DNA of 64,000 nucleotides from an uncultured Gammaproteobacteria bacterium (GCA_951812785.1 OX638335.1:1745963-1809962), one strand, 5' to 3'. Counted from the stretch's first letter, positions 20,617 to 30,361 are shown. Numbers and translations: made by a program. The notes: generated from the sequence alone by a model not told the origin.

Positions 20617-21501
20617 ATGAATCGTAACTTCCGATATTTAGAATTAATTTGCCTCCTCTGCCTGGTACTGACAACAGGCTGCTCTACCGTCAAGGGATTG
20701 TTTGGTGCTGACGAAGATGAAGAGCCTACGATAAGTGAGGATATCTCTGCTCGTCAACTTTATACCAAAGCCAATAGTGAAATGCAGGGTAATCGATTCA
20801 CTGATGCTATTGAAAGCTACACTCTTCTAGAGTCTCGTTATCCGTTTGGGCGTTATGCACAGCAAGCTCAGCTTGAACTTACGTTCTTATATTATCGCCA
20901 AAACAATACGGATGCAGCGATTAGCAGTGCAAATCGTTTTATTAAGCTGAACCCTCAGCACCCTAACGTCGATTATGCGCACTACATGAAAGGGTTGGCC
21001 AATTTTGATAAAAGCAAAACATTCATGAACTTCATCTTACCACGTAATCCATCAGACAAAGATCATGCACCACTCATTGCCGCATTTGATATCTTCAACA
21101 ACTTGATACAAAAATATCCAGATAGTGATTATGCGGATGATGCCAAACAACGCATGATTTATTTACGCAATGAATTAGCCGAACATGAACTCACTGTTGC
21201 AGATTTCTATATGCGTAGAGGTGCATACGTTGCTGCCGCTAACCGCGCAAAGTATGCGATGGAAAAATACCAGGGCGCACCAGCCATGCCTCAAGCGGTA
21301 TATACGCTTGAGCTTGCCTACCGACAACTTGGCATTAATGACTTAGCATACGACACACACAAAGTATACGCGGCTAATTTCTTAGGTGATGATGGAAAGG
21401 TGCTTAATCCTAGCTACGCAACTACAAAAATAAGTTGCGCGACAAATGTCTGGGACAGAATATTAGAAAAACTTAGCTTAAAAACATATTACTGTAATTA
21501 A
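20617..21501 (+). CDS. bamD: Outer membrane protein assembly factor BamD
   Basis: Lipobox LTTGC, TPR repeats, YPFG...AQL and RGAYVAAANRA; divergent from rluD. Confidence 0.95.
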   Translation: MNRNFRYLELICLLCLVLTTGCSTVKGLFGADEDEEPTISEDISARQLYTKANSEMQGNRFTDAIESYTLLESRYPFGRYAQQAQLELTFLYYRQNNTDAAISSANRFIKLNPQHPNVDYAHYMKGLANFDKSKTFMNFILPRNPSDKDHAPLIAAFDIFNNLIQKYPDSDYADDAKQRMIYLRNELAEHELTVADFYMRRGAYVAAANRAKYAMEKYQGAPAMPQAVYTLELAYRQLGINDLAYDTHKVYAANFLGDDGKVLNPSYATTKISCATNVWDRILEKLSLKTYYCN

Positions 21502-21503
21502 AC

Positions 21504-23144
21504 TCAGTCTTCTTTTAGATACCTCAATACGCCTGAAGTAATTGGATAACGTCGATCCTTTCCAAACGCTCGCTTCGTGATCTTAATCCCAGGTGGTGCT
21601 TGTCGACGCTTATATTCGTTTTGGAACACCATTTCGATGGTTCTTGAGACTGTTTTTTCCTCAAAACCTTGTGCCACGATTTGACTGCGGCTTTTATCTT
21701 GCTCAATGAACATTTCGAGAATTGCATCAAGCACATGATAGGGAGGCAGACTATCTTCATCCTTTTGGTCTGGTGCTAATTCTGCACTAGGCGGCCTATC
21801 AATAATTCTACTCGGAATTACATTCGTCAGCGTATTTCTATAACGCGTTAAATCATAAACCAATGTTTTAGGCACATCTTTTAGCGGCGCAAATCCCCCT
21901 GCCATATCTCCGTATAAAGTCGCATAGCCAACTGCCATTTCACTTTTGTTACCTGTTGAAATAACCATTTGACCAAACTTGTTAGAAAGAGCCATCAGTA
22001 ACACTCCCCTAATGCGCGCCTGTATATTCTCTTCGGTTGTGTCTTTTTGCACCGATTCAAATAATGCCGCCAAAGAACTTTCAAGCGCTTCGACCAAGCT
22101 ATCAATCTCAATAACGGAGTATTTAACTCTAAGATTAGCTGTTAATTGTTGCGCATCATCTAAACTCATTCCTGATGTATACTTGGATGGCATCATTACC
22201 GCATGGACTTTATCAGCACCCAAGGCATCAACAGCAAGTGCCAGCACTAGCGCAGAATCTATACCTCCTGAAAGACCAACTAACCCGCCATTAAAGCCAT
22301 TCTTATTGACATATTCCTGCAAACCGTAAACCAGCACGCCATAAACAGACTGAATATCACTGCTTATAGGACATATTGATTGTTGCGTTATTAGATCTTT
22401 ACTTTGTTTGTCGAATTCAACCAGATGTAAGCCTTGCTGACATTCACCCAATCGAAATAATATATTTTGACTACGATCCATTGCAAACGATCCACCATCA
22501 AATACCAATTCATCTTGCCCACCTACTTGATTGACATAAATAACCGGCAAATCATTTTCTTTCACTCGCTTTGCTACTTGAGATTCTCTTTCAACCTGTT
22601 TACCCACATGGTACGGACTTGCATTAATATTAATAACAACTTGCGCACCCGCCTCTTTAGTTAAACGTAGTGGCTCAACATTCCAAATATCTTCACAGAT
22701 CGTTAGCCCAACTATCACACCTTTTATATTAATCACACAGGGATTATCTCCCGAAACAAAATATCTCTTTTCATCAAAGACGTTATAGTTTGGCAGTGCC
22801 ATTTTATAATACTTACCAATGACTTGTGTATCTTGAATTACCATTGCAGCATTATATTGCTTTCCATTTTCGCTCCAGGGCAACCCTAATATCACAGAAA
22901 CACCAACAGCTTCCTGTTGTATTTTAGTCAATGCTGATTCAATCCGTCTGCGTATATTTGACCTGTATAACAGATCTTCAGGAGGGTACCCAATTAAGGC
23001 GAGCTCAGTAAATACAATACAATCAGCCTTTAATTGCAACTTTGCATGACGAATACTACTTACGATAATTTCGCAATTACCTTCAATATCACCCACTAAA
23101 AAATTGAGTTGATTAATTACAATTTTCAAATTTGGATTAGACAA
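21504..23144 (-). CDS. nadE: Glutamine-dependent NAD+ synthetase
   Basis: Nitrilase domain (GYPPEDL, ICEDIW) plus synthetase domain (SGGIDS, NKSE). Likely TTG start at 23144. Confidence 0.95.
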   Translation of the reverse strand: MSNPNLKIVINQLNFLVGDIEGNCEIIVSSIRHAKLQLKADCIVFTELALIGYPPEDLLYRSNIRRRIESALTKIQQEAVGVSVILGLPWSENGKQYNAAMVIQDTQVIGKYYKMALPNYNVFDEKRYFVSGDNPCVINIKGVIVGLTICEDIWNVEPLRLTKEAGAQVVININASPYHVGKQVERESQVAKRVKENDLPVIYVNQVGGQDELVFDGGSFAMDRSQNILFRLGECQQGLHLVEFDKQSKDLITQQSICPISSDIQSVYGVLVYGLQEYVNKNGFNGGLVGLSGGIDSALVLALAVDALGADKVHAVMMPSKYTSGMSLDDAQQLTANLRVKYSVIEIDSLVEALESSLAALFESVQKDTTEENIQARIRGVLLMALSNKFGQMVISTGNKSEMAVGYATLYGDMAGGFAPLKDVPKTLVYDLTRYRNTLTNVIPSRIIDRPPSAELAPDQKDEDSLPPYHVLDAILEMFIEQDKSRSQIVAQGFEEKTVSRTIEMVFQNEYKRRQAPPGIKITKRAFGKDRRYPITSGVLRYLKED

Positions 23145-23247
23145 AGAAACCCCATCTATTTTTAACGACAATATACCTAATATACTAAATGATATAGTCA
23201 CAAAATATTGCTGCTATAACATACTGTTTACCATACTCACACACTCT

Positions 23248-23400
23248 ATGACTATTTCGAATCCAAAAAATCACCATGTTCGTCACAGAGCCGATTAAAA
23301 AGAATCACTCCAATCTTGATCTCTACAGTTACTTAACATTTACCAATTCACAATTGCAGCTCCATATCGACTCAAGAAGTTCAGCCTGGAACGACAATCT
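23248..23400 (+). pseudogene. Putative fused remnant of pilS (5' end) and pilR (3' end)
   Basis: One frame reads ...QS*SLQLLNIYQFTIAA-P-YRLKKFSLE, resembling a PilS first transmembrane start joined to the PilR C-terminal 'RYRLKKLG' tail. It sits at the usual pilSR position. Confidence 0.5.
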
Positions 23401-23444
23401 CTGTTGCTAACCGCCGATTTAGACCACATAAAACCATTTACCAA

Positions 23445-23502
23445 CCTTTTATCTCCTTTTATCTCCTTTTATCTCCTTTTATCTCCTTTTATCTCCTTTT
23501 AT
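23445..23502. repeat. Tandem repeat (CCTTTTATCT) x5.8
   Basis: Five exact 10-bp units plus a partial unit, read directly from the sequence. Confidence 0.97.
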
Positions 23503-23563
23503 AGCAATATCCTTTTTAAATGAAGTATTGTTTCGCATGGATCTATATTAAATGTTCATTCCC

Positions 23564-23579
23564 TGGCACAAACTTGGAC
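23564..23579 (+). promoter_or_regulatory. Possible sigma-54 promoter of the pilin gene (non-canonical -12)
   Basis: TGGCACAAACTTGGA: perfect -24 element TGGCAC, but GG-N10-GA instead of GC. Confidence 0.5.
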
Positions 23580-23655
23580 TAAGTCTATCCAAAATTGGAA
23601 TTCAGTGTAATCCAGAGCGTGCAAGGAAGCATGGGTGGATATGAATGCTTTAACT

Positions 23656-24255
23656 ATGTTCACTCAACCACGAGGAATTACAAATGAAAAAATACAACAA
23701 GGTTTTACCTTGATTGAATTAATGATCGTTGTTGCGATCATAGGTATCCTAGCAGCGGTTGCATTGCCTGCTTACCAAGATTACACGATTCGCGGCCGTG
23801 TAACCGAGGGAATCAGTCTTGCAGCTGACGCAAAATTATTAGTGGCGGACAATGCTGCTAACGCATCGCCTGATGTAGATGGTGGCTTAGCTTCAGGATT
23901 CCGTACAGGCGCAATCAATACAGTTGGTGCAACTTGCTCCGCTGCAGGCACTTGCATCTCTAATCTTGGTGATGCTAATGGTACTGGACAAGGTTCTGCA
24001 AATGTCTCATCTATTCGGGTGACTACTGCAACTGGTATTATCCGTGTAGATTTCACTACTCGTGTTGATGTTGCCACCCAAAACCAGTTGTTCTTTGTTC
24101 CTTCATCCCTCAATGCTCCACTTGCAGTCGGCACCCCTCCACAAGGTCCAATTATTTGGCATTGTTTCGCTGCTGGTAAAGCAACTCAAGGAGCCATTGT
24201 TAATCCTGGTGCAACACTATTAGCCAAGTACGCCCCTGCAAGCTGTAGAACTTAG
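23656..24255 (+). CDS. pilA: Type IVa major pilin (the canonical start at 23684 is out of frame)
   Basis: [31 protein letters not shown]-methylation helix and a C-terminal Cys pair. The ATG with the best RBS (23684) is shifted by a 6-A run. Confidence 0.9.
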   Translation: MFTQPRGITNEKIQQGFTLIELMIVVAIIGILAAVALPAYQDYTIRGRVTEGISLAADAKLLVADNAANASPDVDGGLASGFRTGAINTVGATCSAAGTCISNLGDANGTGQGSANVSSIRVTTATGIIRVDFTTRVDVATQNQLFFVPSSLNAPLAVGTPPQGPIIWHCFAAGKATQGAIVNPGATLLAKYAPASCRT

Positions 24256-24308
24256 TAAGTATTCAAAGACGGCTTGGAGAGCAATAAGTTCAATACTATA
24301 AAATATTC

Positions 24309-25079
24309 ATGTTAAGCCGCAAAGTTGAAAATCGGTTCCAAGCTTTTTTAATACATCTTATATGTTCTATTTTTATCGCTGCATTATTATTAGCGCTTGT
24401 TTTTTTGATCTGGTATCCAGGCGCATTAGCTCAGGCTATTGGCGCAGATAAAATATTCTTGATGGTTTTAGGTGTAGATGTATGCTTAGGCCCTCTTCTT
24501 ACTTTGGTTGTATATAACGCTAAGAAGAAGGAGCTAAAACGCGACCTTTTCATTATCTTTACACTTCAAATAGGGGCACTACTTTATGGTCTGTATACTG
24601 TGGCCATTGTTCGGCCAATATACATAGTATTTGAAGTAGATCGCTTTCAGTTAGTTTATGCCAATGACTTAAGTGAAGAACAACTAAGCGAGGCTACTCG
24701 CGATGAATTTAAATCAGCCCCTCTATTAGGGCCTAAATGGATTTCTTCAAAATTGCCTGACGATATCGAAGAACGCAATGCTTTTATGTTTAGTGTACTT
24801 GATGGAAGTAGCGACCTTGCCAAAACGCCTAGATACTACATTTCGTATCAGGAATCTCAAGCAGAAATAATCGCCCATATGGAGCCATTAACCTCACTAA
24901 AAGACTACAACCTATCAAGACTGACTGATTACTCCAACTTAATTAGCCGATACCCACTTGGTTCATCAAATGTTGGGTTTCTGCCTCTCAAAGGCCATGC
25001 CATGGACCTTACTGTTATTTTAGACCACTCAAATGCTGAAGTACTTGAAATCGTTAAATTGCATCCATGGGAGAAATAA
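24309..25079 (+). CDS. TfpX/TfpZ (FimB-like) type IV pilin accessory protein
   Basis: N-terminal TM helices with WYP, DVCLGPLLT, ELKRDL and RP.YIVFEVDRF; directly after the pilin. Confidence 0.85.
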   Translation: MLSRKVENRFQAFLIHLICSIFIAALLLALVFLIWYPGALAQAIGADKIFLMVLGVDVCLGPLLTLVVYNAKKKELKRDLFIIFTLQIGALLYGLYTVAIVRPIYIVFEVDRFQLVYANDLSEEQLSEATRDEFKSAPLLGPKWISSKLPDDIEERNAFMFSVLDGSSDLAKTPRYYISYQESQAEIIAHMEPLTSLKDYNLSRLTDYSNLISRYPLGSSNVGFLPLKGHAMDLTVILDHSNAEVLEIVKLHPWEK

Positions 25080-25376
25080 TAAATTTCAGTACACATCAGT
25101 AAAAACTTGCCTGAGTTGGAACTGCCATAGCTGGCCGATATCAAAACACACAGTAAGTAACGGAAGAATTAACAAATATACAGGCATTATGCAGACTATT
25201 CGCATTAGCAAATTGGTAGCATTATTACTTTATAAAGTAGACACCTATCCCCTCTATTGTGCATCTAATCTAATTTAATCCTTAATTTGTCAATTACCCA
25301 AACACATTTTACTCATACTTTGCTAGCATGACGCTTTAACATCCAATTAGTTACTCAAGTAGAGAAACACCCATTC

Positions 25377-27041
25377 ATGACAACACCAGCATTATCACTA
25401 AGAATAGGTGGATTAGCACTTCGTTTAATCAACGATGGACTAATATCGGAAGAAAAAGCGCGTGAGGATCAAACTTCGCTCGCCAGCGAATTAGCCAGCT
25501 GCGCATCTCTAGAATTTGGTATCCCACTACTCGATTTAGATGGCCTGGATCTAGATTCAATTCCAATCAACTTGGCCCCAGAAAAGCTGATTCGCCAACA
25601 TCACGCTCTACCTGTCCAGAAGCGTGGGAATAGATTATTTGTCGCCATATCCGACCCAATGAATTTAGTAGCGCTTGATGAATTCAAATTCAACACTGGT
25701 ATTTCTACAGAACCGGTTCTAGTCGAAGAAGACAAACTAGATAGAATCTTAGATAAAGCTTTAGAAATGGGCGATACCTCACTATCCACGGATGGGCTGC
25801 TAGATGATGATCTAGATAATTTAGAGTTCTCTGATACCGATGATGACCATAGTGATGATGCAAGGGAATCTGATATTGATGACACACCTATTGTACGATT
25901 CGTCCATAAGGTGTTATTAGATGCTATTAATAAAAAAGCTTCTGACATCCATTTCGAGCCATATGAGCACATATTTCGCGTTCGCTTCAGAATCGACGGC
26001 ATCCTAGAAGAAGTAGCAAACCCACCTATAACTCTTGGACCAAGAATCAGCGCACGCCTTAAACTGATGTCACGATTAGACATTTCCGAGAGACGAGTTC
26101 CTCAAGATGGCCGTATTAAAATGCAGCTTTCTAAAAAGCGTGCTATCGACTTTCGTGTAAGTACATGCCCGACTCTATTCGGGGAAAAAATTGTATTACG
26201 TATTCTTGACCCGAGCAGTACCATGCTTGGGATTGATGTTCTAGGCTATGAAGAAGAACAGAAGCAGCTCTACTTAAACGCACTTGCTAAACCTTATGGC
26301 ATGATACTAGTTACTGGCCCTACAGGCTCTGGTAAAACTGTTTCACTATATACCGGTCTAAATATTCTTAATACGCCCGATCGCAACATCTCAACCGCTG
26401 AAGATCCTGCTGAGATTAATATGCCTGGAGTTAATCAAGTAAATGTAAAGCCTAAGGTTGGACTCACATTCGCTTCTGCTCTTCGCGCTTTTTTACGCCA
26501 AGATCCAGATGTCATCATGGTAGGTGAGATTCGTGATCTTGAAACAGCTGAAATTGCTATTAAGGCAGCACAAACTGGTCACCTAGTACTATCAACACTA
26601 CATACTAATGACGCTCCTCAAACGCTCACTCGTTTAACTAATATGGGTGTTCCTCCTTTCAATATTGCCTCTGCAGTGTCATTAATAATAGCCCAGAGAC
26701 TAGCAAGAAAACTTTGTGGTCTCTGTAAAGCAGTTGACGACATACCACAAGATGCGCTACTTGAAGAAGGCTTCAAAAAATCTGATCTAAACAATCTAAC
26801 CATTTATAAACCTACTGGTTGCGATAAATGTACAAATAGCTATAAAGGGCGAGTAGGTATACACCAAGTCATGCCAGTATCTGAGGCAATGGGCAGAATA
26901 ATCATGGAGGGTGGCAATTCCTTGCAATTAAGTGACCAAGCTGCAAAAGAAGGTGTTGCCGACTTACGACTCTCCGGACTTAGAAAAGTTAAGGATGGGA
27001 TTATCAGCCTCGAAGAAGTGAATCGTGTGACCAAAGATTAA
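25377..27041 (+). CDS. pilB: Type IV pilus assembly ATPase PilB (N-terminus appears shortened)
   Basis: GPTGSGKT Walker A, RQDPDVIMVGEIRD, a Zn tetracysteine motif and SDIHFEPYE. Confidence 0.95.
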   Translation: MTTPALSLRIGGLALRLINDGLISEEKAREDQTSLASELASCASLEFGIPLLDLDGLDLDSIPINLAPEKLIRQHHALPVQKRGNRLFVAISDPMNLVALDEFKFNTGISTEPVLVEEDKLDRILDKALEMGDTSLSTDGLLDDDLDNLEFSDTDDDHSDDARESDIDDTPIVRFVHKVLLDAINKKASDIHFEPYEHIFRVRFRIDGILEEVANPPITLGPRISARLKLMSRLDISERRVPQDGRIKMQLSKKRAIDFRVSTCPTLFGEKIVLRILDPSSTMLGIDVLGYEEEQKQLYLNALAKPYGMILVTGPTGSGKTVSLYTGLNILNTPDRNISTAEDPAEINMPGVNQVNVKPKVGLTFASALRAFLRQDPDVIMVGEIRDLETAEIAIKAAQTGHLVLSTLHTNDAPQTLTRLTNMGVPPFNIASAVSLIIAQRLARKLCGLCKAVDDIPQDALLEEGFKKSDLNNLTIYKPTGCDKCTNSYKGRVGIHQVMPVSEAMGRIIMEGGNSLQLSDQAAKEGVADLRLSGLRKVKDGIISLEEVNRVTKD

Positions 27042-27044
27042 TTT

Positions 27045-28091
27045 ATGGCAGCTACAAATTCAATCACCTTCTTATGGCAAGGTTTAGACCGAAAAGGATC
27101 TAAAGTCAAAGGAAAAGCACAAGCCTCTAGTGCAATCATTTGAGATTATTGGACGAGGTCATGACAACCCAAATATGCAAGATCTAATACTTAGTATCAA
27201 ATCAGATGTTGAAGGTGGTACGAGTTTAGCTGATGCATTAGAAAAAAACCCCAAGTATTTGGATGCACTTTTTTGTAATTTAGTGGGTGAAGGAGAGCAG
27301 TCAGGTGCTTTAGAGTCACTACTAGACAAAATAGCAACTTATAAAGAAAAAACTGAAGAGCTAAAGGCCAAAGTTAAAAAAGCATTATTTTATCCAGTCG
27401 CAGTGCTAATTGTAGCATTCATAGTTTGTGTGATCTTACTAATTTTTGTTGTACTACAATTCCAGAGTATTTTTGAAGGATTTGGAGCTGATCTACCAGC
27501 ATTCACACAACTAGTAGTAAACTTATCAGAATTTATACAGGCAAAGTGGTGGGCAGTTTTCCTCGGGGTTGGCGCATCAATATTTGCCTTTACGTATGCG
27601 AAACAACGTTCACCTACAATGCGCAGAAATTTAGATCTCATATCTCTTAAAATTCCAATAATTGGCAGCATATTAAAAAATCTGCCATTGCGCGATTTGC
27701 CCGAACACTTGCCACTATGTTTGCGGCTGGTGTCCCGCTAGTTGAAGCTATGGAATCTGTTGCAGGGGCAACTGGTAATGCGCTCTACTATGAAGCGACC
27801 ACGAAAATGAGGGATGGCGTATCTACAGGCACCCGACTCCAACAAAGCATGAAGCAGACTAGAGTGTTCCCAAACATGATGGTGCAAATGGTAGCGATTG
27901 GTGAAGAATCTGGTTCTTTAGACGGAATGCTAAGTAAAGTCGCCGATTTTTATGATGCTGAGGTAGATAATTTAGTCGACGGCTTGAGCAGCTTACTTGA
28001 ACCAATGATCATGACAATACTTGGTGTACTTGTAGGTGGATTAGTCATCGCTATGTACCTACCAATCTTCAAAATGGGTACGGTTGTTTAA
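27045..28091 (+). pseudogene. pilC: Type IV pilus platform protein PilC, disrupted
   Basis: Three frame segments: MAATNSITFLWQGLDRKGSKVKG (stop at 27141-27143), PLVQSFEIIGRGH..., and ...MFAAGVPLVEA...MYLPIFKMG. Deletion at about 27128 and -1 frameshift at 27675-27680. Confidence 0.92.
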
Positions 28092-28099
28092 TTCAAGAC

Positions 28100-28963
28100 G
28101 TGCAAATTATAAACTTACTAAGCATTAATCCAACTTTCTTCATTGGATGTAGCTTTGCGCTGGGGTTACTGATCGGCAGTTTTTTAAATGTAGTAATTAC
28201 CAGACTCCCTATCATCCTCGAAAGAGGATGGAAAAGTGAATGTCAGCAATTACTTGAACTAGAAGATATAGACAACAATGTGAAAAGCACATTCAATTTA
28301 GTCACCCCTCGCTCACAATGTCCTTCTTGCAAGCATCCAATTAGCAGCTTAGAAAACATTCCCGTGCTAAGTTACTTAATCCAAAAAGGCAAATGTCGTC
28401 ACTGCGGAATACATATTTCTACACAGTATCCTCTAGTCGAATTTTTTACTGCAGTGCTCACAGGTTTTATCGCATTCAAATTTGGCTTTAGCTGGCAAAC
28501 TTTACTCGCTATGATTTTAGCGTGGAGTTTAGTTACACTTTCGATAATAGATTTTAAGACAACTCTACTTCCAGATAATATAACCTTACCAATTCTTTGG
28601 CTAGGGATTATTGCCAACTACTTCCAGTTATTTTGCTCGCTTGAAGACAGTATATTGGGCGCAATATTTGGTTACTCATCTTTATGGCTAGTCTTTCAAA
28701 TATTCAAACTGATTACTGGCAAGGAAGGTATGGGGTATGGTGATTTCAAATTATTTGCACTACTCGGCGCATGGCTAGGATGGCAATATTTGATCGCAAT
28801 CATACTAATATCATCTGTTGTTGGTAGCATCATTGGCGTTACATTAATCGTAACAAAGGCTTTAGGTCGAGATGTCCCAACGCCTTTTGGTCCCTATTTA
28901 GCATTAGGCGGTATTATATGTTTGCTCTGGGGCCCCGAAGTTAAATCCATCCTTGCGGTGTGA
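28100..28963 (+). CDS. pilD: Prepilin peptidase / N-methyltransferase
   Basis: GSFLNVVI, CPSC/CRHC Zn motifs and GMGYGDFKL; appears intact. Confidence 0.95.
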   Translation: MQIINLLSINPTFFIGCSFALGLLIGSFLNVVITRLPIILERGWKSECQQLLELEDIDNNVKSTFNLVTPRSQCPSCKHPISSLENIPVLSYLIQKGKCRHCGIHISTQYPLVEFFTAVLTGFIAFKFGFSWQTLLAMILAWSLVTLSIIDFKTTLLPDNITLPILWLGIIANYFQLFCSLEDSILGAIFGYSSLWLVFQIFKLITGKEGMGYGDFKLFALLGAWLGWQYLIAIILISSVVGSIIGVTLIVTKALGRDVPTPFGPYLALGGIICLLWGPEVKSILAV

Positions 28964-29571
28964 ATTGTAATCGCATGTTACGCATAGGTCTTACTGGTGG
29001 AATTGGTTCAGGCAAAACCACTATCAGCAATCTATTTCATTCTGTCCACAATATTCCAGTGATTGATGCTGACGAGATTAGCCGAGAATTATTATTACCC
29101 TCAGGAAAAGCGTACCATGAAGTAATCAATTTATTCGGGTCTAGCTGCGTGCTTGAATCAAAGCAAATTGACCGTAAATTTTTGAGAGAAAAGATATTCA
29201 TTAATGAAGATTTACGCATTTTGCTTGAGCAGATTATTCATCCTAAAGTACAAGCTGAAATCACATCTCAAATTGAATCAATAAATTCGAGGTATTGCAT
29301 AATCGTGATACCTCTATTAATCGAGTCGAATATGCAATCGATAGTGGATCGAATTCTAGTGGTTGAAACCAACAAGCAAAATCAGCTTAATCGTGTAGCT
29401 ACTCGGGATCGGTGCGATAAAGACCATGTAGAAGATATTATTAAGTCACAAATTGACTCAAACGAACGACTTAAACATGCTGATGACATCATCACTAACA
29501 ACGGTGAACCTGAAGATTTGATCCTGCAAATTCGCCAACTTCATCAAAAATACTTGGCTTTAGCCATTTAG
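28960..29571 (+). CDS. coaE: Dephospho-CoA kinase
   Basis: GLTGGIGSGKT, IDAD and IIHP motifs. Confidence 0.96.
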   Translation: MNCNRMLRIGLTGGIGSGKTTISNLFHSVHNIPVIDADEISRELLLPSGKAYHEVINLFGSSCVLESKQIDRKFLREKIFINEDLRILLEQIIHPKVQAEITSQIESINSRYCIIVIPLLIESNMQSIVDRILVVETNKQNQLNRVATRDRCDKDHVEDIIKSQIDSNERLKHADDIITNNGEPEDLILQIRQLHQKYLALAI

Positions 29572-29590
29572 CCGCTTCATAATGTGCATA

Positions 29591-30361
29591 ATGTCTTCTT
29601 TAGTCCATTTTGAGCAACCCCTTAATGAGCGTATTCGTACGTTTATACGTGTCGAGCAACTATATAATCGCTGCATCTACTACATGGAGAAAGAAGATGC
29701 CTTAGATAGCCATTCAGCACTATCGGCACTACTTGAATTAATAGGTTTAGTCTCACGTGGAGACCTAAAAAGAGAATTAATGAAAGAGGTGAAAAGACAA
29801 CTCACTAACCTCCAGAAATTACACAGCATCCCGAGTTTAGACCAGGATAAATTAGAGCATTTAACCTCTGAACATTCAGGGTTAATTAATGAACTGGACA
29901 TCCAACCAGGACAGCTAATAACTCATTTAAAAGATAATGACTTTATTAATAGTATTAAGCAACGCGCAGCCATCCCTGGAGGTACCTGCTATTTTGATTT
30001 ACCTGCCTACCATTACTGGCTGACACAGCCTTCCAACAAACGTAAAGAAATCATCCGGACATGGTTACAACCTTTCGTAGTTGCACATAAAGCAGCGGTC
30101 CATTGCTTGGAGTTAATTAGAAGCAGCACGGAAATTGAAAATTGTGCAGCACCAAAGGGTTTTTATCAAAGAAACCTTGATCAACATCAACCCAATCAAT
30201 TAATTCGTGTGTTAGTAGACATCAGTGATGCATGCTTCCCGGAAATTAGCGCAGGTAAACATAGATTTTCTATTAGGTTCTTAGAGCAGCCAGACCCGAA
30301 CAAATATCCCAAACAAGTAGAACGAGATATTAATTTCAAAATTGCTTGTTGCGCCTTTTAA
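29591..30361 (+). CDS. zapD: Cell division protein ZapD
   Basis: FEQPLNERIRT, PGGTC.FDLP and PEISAGKHRFSIRF; follows coaE. Confidence 0.93.
   Translation: MSSLVHFEQPLNERIRTFIRVEQLYNRCIYYMEKEDALDSHSALSALLELIGLVSRGDLKRELMKEVKRQLTNLQKLHSIPSLDQDKLEHLTSEHSGLINELDIQPGQLITHLKDNDFINSIKQRAAIPGGTCYFDLPAYHYWLTQPSNKRKEIIRTWLQPFVVAHKAAVHCLELIRSSTEIENCAAPKGFYQRNLDQHQPNQLIRVLVDISDACFPEISAGKHRFSIRFLEQPDPNKYPKQVERDINFKIACCAF

Noticed and set aside
23445-23502. Tandem repeat considered as a CRISPR array or as tandem RBS (AAGGAG on the minus strand)
   Set aside because: There are no spacers or cas genes, and only a trivial 18-codon ORF follows on the minus strand.
25080-25376. 297-bp spacer between the TfpZ-like gene and pilB as a possible gene remnant
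   Set aside because: No recognisable protein motif in the frames examined; it may simply hold the pilB promoter.
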